NCBI GenBank assembly: GCA_963664225.1
Contig: OY760937.1
Coordinates: forward strand, 5,280,001 to 5,344,000
Source: Verrucomicrobiia bacterium
GTDB lineage: Bacteria; Verrucomicrobiota; Verrucomicrobiia; Limisphaerales; UBA1319
DNA length: 64,000 nucleotides
Reading direction: 5' to 3'
Every line of letters begins with the position of its first letter. The first letter of the stretch is position 1. Below are positions 18,404-29,342 of the stretch, one piece after another. A program made the position numbers and the translations under genes. The notes beneath the pieces are model-generated. The model saw nothing but the letters and a program-made list of their open reading frames with translations. It searched no databases and had not been told where the DNA came from.

Positions 18404-20794
18404 ATGAGCATCCTCCCACTCGTCTTCGGCTTGGCCCTCTTTGGGTCAGTCCGGGCCAATGCACAGCAGGAGGACACCGCTCTGGCAGGCGGACTGCCAT
18501 CCTGCTCGCCGGAGTTGGAACAGGCTTCGCATTCCCTGGTACAAAAACAATGGGCTGAAGCGAATGAAACATTTCAAAAGGTCGTCACAGACCCGTCCGC
18601 TCCGGGTTTCATTCGCAGCCTGGCTTCGGATGGCCTGGTGGAAACGGCGCTTGCGGCCAGTAACATTCCGGGCGCGATCAAGTTCGCGACTTCCATGGCG
18701 GAAAACGACCAACTCCCCGCGTTTTACCGGGACCAGGCGCGCCGACTCATCGTGGAACTCGAGCGGCAGCAAAAAGGTCTGTCGGCCCGCGATCCCAAGG
18801 CATATCGCACCGCTTTGCCCTCGCTGCCTGCAGAAGTCGGCGCTGTGTTTGTTGTGGCGTCGGCAGCACACCCGGGAGGAGATGGTTCGGCAACCAGACC
18901 TTTTGAGTCTCTGGAGTTGGCACGGGAGGCCATTCGGGCTTTGAAACGATCGTCGGGAGGCCATCTGCCCAAGGGCGGTATCCGTGTCATCATCCGAGGG
19001 GGTGATTATCCCGTGAGCCAGACCTTTAACCTGACGGCGGAGGATTCCGGCACGGCCGAGTCACCCGTGGTCTATCAGGCAGAATCGAATGAAAGCCCTG
19101 TCTTTATGGGAGGTGTACGGCTGACGGGGTGGCAACCGATCGCAGAGGCAAAACAGCGTGAAAGACTCGACCCCGCCATTCGGGACCGGGTGCTGGAGAC
19201 CGATTTGGCGGCCCAAGGAGTGAAGGATTGGGGTGACGCGACGACGTTGCGCCGCCGTCCGGAACTCTTCTGCGATGGTGCGCCGCAGACTCTGGCTCGC
19301 TGGCCCAACGAGGGGTTTGTGAAAACCGGGGATGTCTTGGGCGCGACACCCGTTAAGGACGGCGGGCAGATTGGCAGCAAGGAAGGCGTTTTTCATTACA
19401 TGGAAGATCGTCCCGCGCGCTGGACAAATGAGCCGGACATCAGGCTGTATGGCTATTGGTATTGGGATTGGTTTGAAGAATATCAAACGGTAAAAGCCAT
19501 CGATATCGCGACCAAAGTAATCACGCTCAAATCGCCTTACAGCAACTATGGTTATCGGAAGAACCAACGGTATCGCGCGGAAAACGCGTTTGTGGAGATC
19601 GACCAACCTGGCGAATGGTATCTTGATCGGCGCTCCGGACTCCTATACTGGCTGCCTCCCGAGGGCGTCCAACCCAATCAGGCCCAGGTTACCTTAAGCG
19701 TGTTCAATGGACCGTTTGTGAACATGGAGAACACCGAGCATGTCGTCCTGCTCGGCCTGACCTTTCAGGAAAGTCGTGGAGACGCGCTTCGTATCCGTGG
19801 CGGTGGGAATTGCCTGGTGGCGGGCTGCACCGTGCGGCGAGGCGGAGGCGACGCCTTGATCATTGATGGAGGCACACATCACCAGATATTCGGATGCGCC
19901 ATTCACACCATGGGATGCGGTGGGATGCGTGTGCAAGGCGGGGACCGGGAGAAATTGATCGCTGGCCACCACGATGTCGAAAACTGCCATGTCTTTGACA
20001 TCTCACGCTTGAAACGCACCTACGCGCCTGCCGTCTTGCTGGAGGGCTGCGGCAATCGGGTGGCACACAACCTTTTCGAACAAATGCCCTCATCCGCGAT
20101 GCGTATCGAGGGCAATGACCATGTGATTGAGCTCAATGAAGTGCGTCACGTCGTGAAAGAATCCGACGATCAGGGCGGGGTGGATATTTTTGGAAATCCA
20201 TTATACCGCGGCATTGTCATCCGGTGGAATCATTGGACCGATATCGGTGGGGGAACAGCCTGCGGCGCGGCGGGCATTCGCCTGGACGATATGATTTCGG
20301 GCGTGGCCATCCACGGCAATGTTTTTGAGCGTTGCGGCGCGGTGATCTTCGGTGGGGTGCAGATCCACGGAGGCAAAGAGAACCTCGTGGACGGCAACCT
20401 GTTTTTGGATTGTTTTGCCGGCATCAGTTTCAGCCGCTGGGATGAAAAACGATGGCGGGATGCCGTCCGACCGTTTCTCCCTCAGGCCAGATCAACCCCT
20501 TACGCGAAGCGGTATCCTGAATTGGATCACTTGGAAGAGAACTGGAATATCAACCAGATCAGCCTTAATGTTTTTGCCCATTGCCAGTCGGTTTTTCTGA
20601 GGGACGGAGGGGTGGAGCAGACCGCACTGAACCTCGTTCTCAGCTCGACCATGGATCCTGCAATCTTATCCGATCCAACGAAGATTGATCAGATTCCCGC
20701 GCTAAGCCAACCGTTGTTTGAGCCGATTCCGGTGGCTGAGATGGGGCCTTACGCGCATCCATGGAAGGCTTCCGCAATGGCGACCGGTAATTAA
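18404..20794 (+). CDS. Secreted right-handed beta-helix protein (GH141-like), N-terminal helical region
   Basis: 'GDGSATRPFESLELAREAIR...IRGGDY...LTAEDSGT', 'LARWPN', 'EIDQPGEWYLD', beta-helix repeats. Start set at MSILPL (signal peptide). Confidence 0.75.
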   Translation: MSILPLVFGLALFGSVRANAQQEDTALAGGLPSCSPELEQASHSLVQKQWAEANETFQKVVTDPSAPGFIRSLASDGLVETALAASNIPGAIKFATSMAENDQLPAFYRDQARRLIVELERQQKGLSARDPKAYRTALPSLPAEVGAVFVVASAAHPGGDGSATRPFESLELAREAIRALKRSSGGHLPKGGIRVIIRGGDYPVSQTFNLTAEDSGTAESPVVYQAESNESPVFMGGVRLTGWQPIAEAKQRERLDPAIRDRVLETDLAAQGVKDWGDATTLRRRPELFCDGAPQTLARWPNEGFVKTGDVLGATPVKDGGQIGSKEGVFHYMEDRPARWTNEPDIRLYGYWYWDWFEEYQTVKAIDIATKVITLKSPYSNYGYRKNQRYRAENAFVEIDQPGEWYLDRRSGLLYWLPPEGVQPNQAQVTLSVFNGPFVNMENTEHVVLLGLTFQESRGDALRIRGGGNCLVAGCTVRRGGGDALIIDGGTHHQIFGCAIHTMGCGGMRVQGGDREKLIAGHHDVENCHVFDISRLKRTYAPAVLLEGCGNRVAHNLFEQMPSSAMRIEGNDHVIELNEVRHVVKESDDQGGVDIFGNPLYRGIVIRWNHWTDIGGGTACGAAGIRLDDMISGVAIHGNVFERCGAVIFGGVQIHGGKENLVDGNLFLDCFAGISFSRWDEKRWRDAVRPFLPQARSTPYAKRYPELDHLEENWNINQISLNVFAHCQSVFLRDGGVEQTALNLVLSSTMDPAILSDPTKIDQIPALSQPLFEPIPVAEMGPYAHPWKASAMATGN

Positions 20795-20869
20795 TGCAAA
20801 TCAAAGCGACGTCTTAATTGGAGGAGGAGTTCGGACACAATCCTTTTGCAGGCTTGAAAAGCGAGGGAT

Positions 20870-21125
20870 TGTTGCCAGCACCTCCGTCAGTGTCAGCATT
20901 GCGCCGATCAAGGGAAGAATCAGGCGCGTCAGACTCTCCGTCGTCCCAAAGCTTTGGAGCACCGGCTGGCTGGTGAGCCATTCGCTTGCGAACCCATTGA
21001 GCGTTGGCAGCGCCGAAATTGCGACCGCGCCAATCAGGAAGAAAAAGGCCGTCTTCGGAATCCGACGGATCAGGCCGCCCATTTCCACCATGTTGCGCGT
21101 GTGCGTGGAATGCAGCACTGCCGCC
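20870..21125 (-). pseudogene. hyfB: Internal fragment of hydrogenase-4 HyfB/NuoL-like antiporter subunit
   Basis: 'LHSTHTRNMVEMGGLIRRIPKTAFFFLIGAVAISALPTLNGFASEWL' is the conserved Proton_antipo_M segment; only about 85 codons remain. Confidence 0.7.
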
Positions 21126-21235
21126 GCCTGTTCCAGGAGGCGAGATCACGCTTCGCCGCTGGTCTCCTTGAAAGGCAGATTATTATATTGGGTTACTGTG
21201 TTGTTGAACACAGGCAAACGCTCACCAGGATCCGA

Positions 21236-22570
21236 TTATTTCGTAACATTGGCGCCTTGGCGCGTGATCAGGTCGTAGGTGAAGGTGCGTTGTTCGCGGG
21301 ACTTGAGAGGGATGACAAACTTGACCTTGTTGGCGTCCACTTTTTCATTGGGCGCCTGGGTGTCGATGGACCAGTCCCCGGTGAAGTTGCGCCGAATATC
21401 CAGTGTGATGTCGATGTCCTTGGAATTGCGCACTTCGAATTGCCAGGTCTCCTTGGTGGTCCAGCCGGAGACGTTGCCCTTGTCATCGAACCGGATGTCT
21501 GATTTTTCCCAGTTCATCAGCACGGGTTTGACGAGCACCTCCTGGTCCGCGCCCAATTCGAGGTCCACCTGCTCATTGATGGGGATGTATTTCACGGACG
21601 TGCCGCCAGTATAAGCGTAAAGGCGGTCTTCACCGAGAACACGGAGGGCCTTGACCGCGCCATCCGGCAGCGGTTCCTTGCCGAGCTTGCTCTTGGTGTC
21701 GTTTTTAAACGGATAGAACCGCACCACCTGGTCCTTCCACTGTTCTTTCTCGAACTTGTAATAACTGGTGATGGGCACTTCATCGGCCTTGAACGACGGC
21801 AGGCGTTTGGACCAGCCGTTGGGAATGGTGTCGCTGCCACCCACCGTGTACATGAAGTATTCAGAGAGACCTTCCTTCACGATTTCCTTGGCTTTGAGGC
21901 TATCCACGTCGAATGCAAAATATTGTCGACCCAGGCTCGCTCTGCGTTGAACCACCTCTGATTTCGACATGGCATCTTTCATTTCGCCGTTCAATACTAT
22001 CCCACGGTCCTGCGGTTGGAAATTTTGGGCCAAGTGGGAGATATCCTCCACCAGGCGGATGACGCCCACGATCAGCCGCACCTGGGCATTCTCGTAATCC
22101 TCGCCGCTGTTGTTGGTCACGCGCACCGCACCGGACAAGGCCATCATCTTTTCGTCGCGAGTGGCCTCGGCCACATAATCGGCCGACCACGTAATGCCAC
22201 TGGTGAAGTAACGAATCTCCACCTCCACTTCCCCCGCAAACTCACTTTGGATGCGCCACTCCAGTGTATTCGTCACACGCGGAGGAAAACTGGCGTCGAG
22301 AACGTCCACGGCATCGGCGTGGGTGAGCGCGCGAAACTCCACTGACGTGGGATCGATCAGCGTGTTGGCCCAGGAAAACTCGAGATGGTTCAGCCCCTTG
22401 CGCAGGGTCAGGATGCGCGTTTCCTTGACCAGCGTGAGGTCGGCGGAATTGTAAATGGTCAGTTGCGTGGAATCGCGTCCGGGCAGCGTGACCACAGTGA
22501 TGCGCGCATGGACCGTGGCGGCCGTGAGTAAGACAACCCCCAACAGGATCCATGGCAATTTGGTTTTCAT
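21236..22570 (-). CDS. Secreted DUF4139-domain protein
   Basis: Signal peptide; 'QLTIYNSADLTLVKETR', 'IDPTSV', 'YFTSGITWSADY', 'NNSGEDYENA', 'LGKEPLPDG'. Confidence 0.8.
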   Translation of the reverse strand: MKTKLPWILLGVVLLTAATVHARITVVTLPGRDSTQLTIYNSADLTLVKETRILTLRKGLNHLEFSWANTLIDPTSVEFRALTHADAVDVLDASFPPRVTNTLEWRIQSEFAGEVEVEIRYFTSGITWSADYVAEATRDEKMMALSGAVRVTNNSGEDYENAQVRLIVGVIRLVEDISHLAQNFQPQDRGIVLNGEMKDAMSKSEVVQRRASLGRQYFAFDVDSLKAKEIVKEGLSEYFMYTVGGSDTIPNGWSKRLPSFKADEVPITSYYKFEKEQWKDQVVRFYPFKNDTKSKLGKEPLPDGAVKALRVLGEDRLYAYTGGTSVKYIPINEQVDLELGADQEVLVKPVLMNWEKSDIRFDDKGNVSGWTTKETWQFEVRNSKDIDITLDIRRNFTGDWSIDTQAPNEKVDANKVKFVIPLKSREQRTFTYDLITRQGANVTK

Positions 22571-22821
22571 AACAGTCAATCATTCCCGATCGCAATGGAC
22601 CGGCGCATTTCAAGGAATTAGACGGACTCCCGAAAAATTTCCTCCGCAAAGTAAATCGCGATGTAATCCGCGCCACTGTTCTTCAACGGCACGAATCCAC
22701 GTTGCAGAAAAACTTGACCTGTCAGCGCCGTGTTTTGACAATCACGTTCACTCGAGAACACTGAACGATTATGAACGAAAGCATGCGGGGGAAGTCGAAT
22801 CGCCGCCTGATATGTATTCTG

Positions 22822-23016
22822 GCACTCCTGGGCACCGCGTCCGATATGGAGATTGTCGCGCGCCTTGGACGCCAGGACATCTTGTAGCCGTCGTTTGTAT
22901 CCGCCGCCAAAAGCTGGACATATCGAATCAGTATTGGCAGCAGCGCAGTGGGAGACAGCGCTTACGGAAAGGTCAGACATCCACTGGGAATATCGCGGTA
23001 AGCGCTTCGAATCCTT
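22822..23016 (+). repeat. Block A copy 2 (frameshifted HTH-repeat remnant)
   Basis: Aligns to 3217-3400 with a short insertion near 22877-22885. Confidence 0.85.
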
Positions 23017-23356
23017 CAGGGTAAAGGAACGCGCACAAAATCCACCGCATCCGTCAACGCCGTCTTGATCTACTCTTCGGCCGAATGGCAGCAGACTTCG
23101 TGGAATAACTGCATGCTCCATAAAAAATCACTTCGTTTTGGATGGCTCAGGCTTTGTAGATGCCGACTCCAAATGAGCTCGAAAAATATGATGCGGAGAC
23201 TCGGTATAATCACCGTCGAGTGTGACAAAATGTGACAAACAAACTGCGTTTTATGGGGTTAATCTTCGTATTTGCCTTGCGAAGCGATTTGTTATAACTT
23301 GTTGATGTATGACAACATCAGCCACTTATGAAGGTGGCTGTGGGAGAGCTGGTCCA

Positions 23357-23383
23357 GGATTCGATTCTCTTCACCCGCTCCAA
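23357..23383 (+). mobile_element. att-like site: 3' end of tRNA-Gly (copy 2, one substitution)
   Basis: GGATTCGATTCTCTTCACCCGCTCCAA matches 5535-5561 at 26/27 positions, same orientation. Confidence 0.75.
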
Positions 23384-23666
23384 TCTATATACCTTATTCC
23401 AAACGACTTGCGTTTAAAGAGCGGTTGTAAACAACCGTTGCATGACGCCTGCAAAAGGGCGCTTTAAGAAGAACGCCGCTTTTGTTGCGCAGTGTCGAGG
23501 TGATGATAAAAAACATTCGGGTCTTCGCAATATCACCTGACATGCATCAAACCATGCCTGAATCACGTGAGCACTGGCGACGAATTACGCTTGGGCTTTC
23601 ACCCGCCGACAGGCATCCGCACATGAGCGGCACGGATGCCTGCCAGCTAACCATGGCAAGGACGGT

Positions 23667-24935
<1,269 letters not shown>

Positions 24936-24977
24936 CTAAGTGATATGATTTATAGCGCCTTTCCACCATTTTTTGAA

Positions 24978-24995
24978 ATGAGTATCTATGCTCAG
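24978..24995. promoter_or_regulatory. Palindromic operator box 1 (ATGAGTA-TCTA-TGCTCAG)
   Basis: One of five similar 7-4-7 inverted repeats; in the divergent CE1/GH3 intergenic region. Confidence 0.65.
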
Positions 24996-25038
24996 TGTGC
25001 CATCGGGTCTTACTCTCTTATGAATTCCGTCTCGAGAA

Positions 25039-25056
25039 ATGAGTATTCATGCTCAT
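25039..25056. promoter_or_regulatory. Palindromic operator box 2 (ATGAGTA-TTCA-TGCTCAT)
   Basis: Identical 18-mer to 54639-54656; palindrome extends to GAA...TTC (25036-25059). Confidence 0.75.
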
Positions 25057-25319
25057 TTCCACGACAACCGACATCTGCTTTCATTCAACGGACAAAAGAA
25101 TTTCCATTTGGACGGCGGTGATTCGCAAATCGCATGTTGCGCTTCGTTATCGAAATGGGAGATTTCTTTCGCCGAAATTACCAAAGAAAGCCCTGAAGAA
25201 AGATCATGAAGGACGACCGGAGATCAAGTGGGCAACGAAGCAATGCTTCGGACTCCCGAATGGCCAATCCAGCCTTCGAATGGTGTGATGGCGGTTGTCG
25301 CAAACACAAAAACAGTTAA

Positions 25320-27653
25320 ATGAAGAAGAGCGTCCACAATCGATCTCCTCGTGCCAGCTCAGGCAGAACTGCCGTTCCCGCCTATAAGAATCCCGCGCTC
25401 GCGCCTGAAAAACGCGTCAAAGACCTGCTCGCGCGGATGACTCTGGAGCAGAAGGCGGCCCAGATGATGTGCATCTGGCGAAGCAAGGCTGAAACGCTGG
25501 TGGATGCGGACGGGAATTTTGATCCGGTCAAGGCGAGGAAGGCCCTCGGCAAAGGCACCGGGATTGGCCAGGTCGGTCGTCCCAGCGATGCGGGCAGGGG
25601 CAGGGACGCGCGCGGGATGGCTGAGTTGACCAACGCAATCCAGAAGTTTTTTATCGAGGAGATGCCGTTGGGAATTCCGGTGATATTCCACGAGGAATGC
25701 CTGCACGGACACGCGGCGATTGGCGGCACGAGCTTCCCGCAGCCGATCGGTCTGGGCGCAACTTTCAACCCCGGGCTGGTGGAGGAACTCTTTGAAATGA
25801 CAGCGCTTGAGGCCCGAAGCCGCGGCACACATCAGGCTTTGACCCCTGTGGTGGATGTCGCGCGGGATCCCCGTTGGGGCCGGGTTGAGGAAACCTACGG
25901 TGAAGACCCTTACCTGGTTGCGCGCCTGGGAGTTGCCGCGGTTCGGGGATTTCAAGGCGATGCGTCCTTCCGCGACAAGACTCGCGTCATTGCCACTTTG
26001 AAACACTTCGCAGCGCATGGCCAGCCCGAGTCAGGAATGAATTGCGCCCCTGTGAACGTTTCCGAGCGCGTTCTCCGCGAGACCTTCCTATCGACATTCA
26101 AAGCGGCGCTCCACGAAGCAGGCGCCATCAGCGTGATGGCCTCGTACAATGAAATCGACGGCGTGCCATCGCATGCCAGCAAATGGCTTTTGCGCGACCT
26201 GCTGCGCAAGGAATGGGGCTTCAAAGGCTTCGTCGTTTCGGATTACTATGCGATTTGGGAACTGGGTTATCGACCGGAAACCCACGGCCATTTTGTTGCA
26301 AAAGACAAAGCCGAATCTTGCCGCCTTGCGGTGAAGGCAGGAGTCAACATTGAGCTGCCTGATCCGGATTGCTACCAGCAACTGGTTTCGCTTGTTCGCA
26401 AAGGGGCGCTTCTGGAAGCGGAACTGGACGAACTGGTCGCGCCCATGCTTTTGTGGAAATTCAAATTGGGCTTGTTCGATGATCCTTATGTTGATCCGGA
26501 TACGGCCGATAGGGTGACCGGATGCGGTGCTCATCGGGCGCTGGCACTTCGCGCGGCGCGTGAAACCATCACGCTTCTCAAGAACGAAAACCAGACTGTC
26601 CCGCTCAATCCCTCAAAACTGAAAACGATTGCGGTGATCGGACCAAACGCAAACCGGAGCCTCCTCGGTGGCTACAGCGGTGTGCCAAAGAAAGAAATCA
26701 CGGTGCTGGAGGGCATTAAAGCCCGGGCCGGTGCGGGCATCCGCGTTCTTTACAGCGAAGGCTGCAAGATCACGCAGAGCGGCTCCTGGAATGAAGACAA
26801 GGTCGTGCCCAGCGATCCCGACGAGGATCGCCGCCAGATTGCAGAGGCGGTTGCTGTCGCCCGGGAGGCCGACGTTATTGTGCTGGCGATTGGAGGCAAT
26901 GAGCAAACCTCACGCGAGGCATGGTCATTAACGCACTTGGGAGATCGCGCCCGGCTTGACCTTGTTGGCCGCCAGGAGGAACTCATTCAGGCGATGGCCG
27001 GGTTGGGCAAGCCAATTGTGGCGTTCCTGTTTAATGGCCGTCCACTGGCCATCAATAGCCTTACGACAACGGTGCCGGCGATATTCGAATGTTGGTATCT
27101 CGGTCAGGAAACAGGTCAGGCGGTTGCGGAGGTGCTGTTCGGTGATGCCAACCCGGGGGGAAAGCTGCCCATAACCATCCCGCGCTCTGCCGGTCACCTG
27201 CCGGTGTTCTATAATTACAAACCGTCTGCACGCCGCGGTTATCTATTTGACGATGTCACACCGCTGTATCCCTTTGGCTTTGGCCTCAGCTACACCCGGT
27301 TCAAATTCGAGAACCTGCGCTTGAAGAAAAAACGCATCAAAGTCGGCGAAAGCACGACAGTGCAGGTGGATGTGACCAATGCGGGTAAGCGCGAGGGCGC
27401 CGAGGTGGTGCAGATGTATATTCGCGACCGGGTCAGTTCGGTGACGCGGCCGATCAAAGAGTTGAAGGGCTTTCGCAAGATCCTTCTTGCTCCGGGTGAG
27501 ACCCAAACGATCACTCTCGATATCACGCCCGAATCTCTTTCGTTTTACGACATTGAGATGGAATACCGGGTTGAACCGGGCGAGTTTGAAATTCAGGTTG
27601 GCAATTCCTCCCGCGACGCCGACCTGCAAAAAGTTATCCTCACTGTTGTGTAA
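25320..27653 (+). CDS. GH3 beta-xylosidase/beta-glucosidase (no evident signal peptide)
   Basis: 'HEECLHG', 'RDPRWGRVEETYGED', 'LKHFA', nucleophile 'VVSDY', 'LYPFGFGLSYT', Fn3-like C-terminus. Confidence 0.93.
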   Translation: MKKSVHNRSPRASSGRTAVPAYKNPALAPEKRVKDLLARMTLEQKAAQMMCIWRSKAETLVDADGNFDPVKARKALGKGTGIGQVGRPSDAGRGRDARGMAELTNAIQKFFIEEMPLGIPVIFHEECLHGHAAIGGTSFPQPIGLGATFNPGLVEELFEMTALEARSRGTHQALTPVVDVARDPRWGRVEETYGEDPYLVARLGVAAVRGFQGDASFRDKTRVIATLKHFAAHGQPESGMNCAPVNVSERVLRETFLSTFKAALHEAGAISVMASYNEIDGVPSHASKWLLRDLLRKEWGFKGFVVSDYYAIWELGYRPETHGHFVAKDKAESCRLAVKAGVNIELPDPDCYQQLVSLVRKGALLEAELDELVAPMLLWKFKLGLFDDPYVDPDTADRVTGCGAHRALALRAARETITLLKNENQTVPLNPSKLKTIAVIGPNANRSLLGGYSGVPKKEITVLEGIKARAGAGIRVLYSEGCKITQSGSWNEDKVVPSDPDEDRRQIAEAVAVAREADVIVLAIGGNEQTSREAWSLTHLGDRARLDLVGRQEELIQAMAGLGKPIVAFLFNGRPLAINSLTTTVPAIFECWYLGQETGQAVAEVLFGDANPGGKLPITIPRSAGHLPVFYNYKPSARRGYLFDDVTPLYPFGFGLSYTRFKFENLRLKKKRIKVGESTTVQVDVTNAGKREGAEVVQMYIRDRVSSVTRPIKELKGFRKILLAPGETQTITLDITPESLSFYDIEMEYRVEPGEFEIQVGNSSRDADLQKVILTVV

Positions 27654-27674
27654 TCAAACCACCCAAACCACCTC

Positions 27675-29234
27675 ATGTCCGCCCAGAATCAACGCCTCTC
27701 GGTCGTCGAAAAAGTCGGCTACAGCCTTGGCGACAGCGCCGCCAACTTCGTCTTCATGACGATGGTGCTCTTCCAGCTCAACTTCTATACGGACGTGTTC
27801 GGGCTGACGGCGAGTGCCGCTGCGGCGATTCTTCTATGGCCCCGCTTGTGGGATGCGGTCGCGGATCCGATCGTGGGCATCCTGGCGGACCGCACGAATA
27901 CGCGATGGGGCAAGTTCCGTCCGTGGGTTTTGTTCACCTCCGTTCCATGGTTCATAGTGATGATTCTTGCCTACACGACGCCGCACGGGTACAGCACCAC
28001 GGCGCTCATCGCTTACGCCGTCGTCACGAATACGCTGCTGATGACGTTCTACTCCATGAACAACATGCCCTACGCGGCTTTGGGCGGGGTAATGACCGGT
28101 GATGTCCATGAACGAACGAGCCTGAATTCTTACCGGTTCATCGCCGTGAACGCGGCACAATTCATCGTGGGCGGATTCACCCTGCCACTGGTCGCCAGAT
28201 TTGCGGCGAAGCACGCTGCGGCGTCGGGCGGAACGGTCGGCATTGCTGACAAGCAGTATGGGTGGCAGATGACGATGGTGGTCTGGGCGGTCGTTTGTCT
28301 GGTCTGCTTCATCATCACCTTTGCATCCACTCGGGAGCGCATCCAGCCTGTAACGAAAGAGAAATCGTCCCCGTTGCAGGATTTTCGCGACTTGCTCAAA
28401 AACAATCCGTGGAAAGTGATGTGGTGCTGGACACTGGTGCATTTTGCGATTCTCTCTTTCCGGGGTGGCGCTCTCTATAACTACTACCATCATTTCGCCG
28501 ACAAAACGGCGATGTTCGAGTGCGTGAAGGCGTTCGGCCTCACGGCGCCTGCGCTTGCGCCTGGGGCTCCGACACCCGCTGGCATCCTCGAATGGCTTGG
28601 CTATATCGTGCATGGCGACCAGACTGCCTCGAACGTCGCGGATGTCTTCAACAGCATCGTCAACATGCTGGGCACCGGGCTGATCATGATCGTCATCCTG
28701 CTTTCGCCGTCGCTTGCCAGGAAATTTGGGAAGAAAGCCGTCGCCACCGCCGGTTTTGTCTTCGCCACCCTCGGCTCGATTGCCTTCTATTTCCTCAGCC
28801 CAACAAATGTCTGGGGTATGCTGGGAATCACCTCCTTCATCTCGATCGTCTATGCGCCAACGATTCCGCTGACCTGGTCCATATTTGCAGACGTCGCCGA
28901 CTACTCCGAATGGAAAGTCGGACGCCGTTTCACCGGCATGGTTTTCGCCACGATTGGCTTTGCGCTGAAGTCCGGTCTGGCGCTCGGATCGGCCTCCTTC
29001 CTCTGGATCATGGTCGGCTTTTTCAACTACGACACGAAGATGCCGGACGCAGTCGCTGCGATCCAGGGCTACCGCGCCTGTAGCGGTCTGGTGGTTGGCG
29101 TCCTGTTCGCCATCTGCACGGTTCTGCTGGCCATTTACCAACTAAATAAAAAAGTCACACTCCAAATGGCCGATGAACTGGCCGAACGTCGGAAACGGTT
29201 GACCGGTACAACCACATCTTCAAACCCAGTATAA
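27675..29234 (+). CDS. GPH-family (MFS_2) glycoside:cation symporter
   Basis: 'EKVGYSLGD', 'WDAVADPIVGILADRTNTRWGKFRPW', 'ADVADYSEWKVGRR'. Confidence 0.92.
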   Translation: MSAQNQRLSVVEKVGYSLGDSAANFVFMTMVLFQLNFYTDVFGLTASAAAAILLWPRLWDAVADPIVGILADRTNTRWGKFRPWVLFTSVPWFIVMILAYTTPHGYSTTALIAYAVVTNTLLMTFYSMNNMPYAALGGVMTGDVHERTSLNSYRFIAVNAAQFIVGGFTLPLVARFAAKHAAASGGTVGIADKQYGWQMTMVVWAVVCLVCFIITFASTRERIQPVTKEKSSPLQDFRDLLKNNPWKVMWCWTLVHFAILSFRGGALYNYYHHFADKTAMFECVKAFGLTAPALAPGAPTPAGILEWLGYIVHGDQTASNVADVFNSIVNMLGTGLIMIVILLSPSLARKFGKKAVATAGFVFATLGSIAFYFLSPTNVWGMLGITSFISIVYAPTIPLTWSIFADVADYSEWKVGRRFTGMVFATIGFALKSGLALGSASFLWIMVGFFNYDTKMPDAVAAIQGYRACSGLVVGVLFAICTVLLAIYQLNKKVTLQMADELAERRKRLTGTTTSSNPV

Positions 29235-29342
29235 TGAATGAATTTCTCATCGGCCGCGCGCGGAACGAATTCCAACCGCGATTAACAACAACACCAACCT
29301 CCCGGTGAGATCAAAAAGAACAACTCAAACTTAAAATCAACT

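Noticed and set aside
27834..29141. Long antisense ORFs (also 17127-18284, 40394-41572, 49271-50368, 57253-58305)
   Set aside because: Each lies opposite a well-supported gene and reads as codon-bias shadow.
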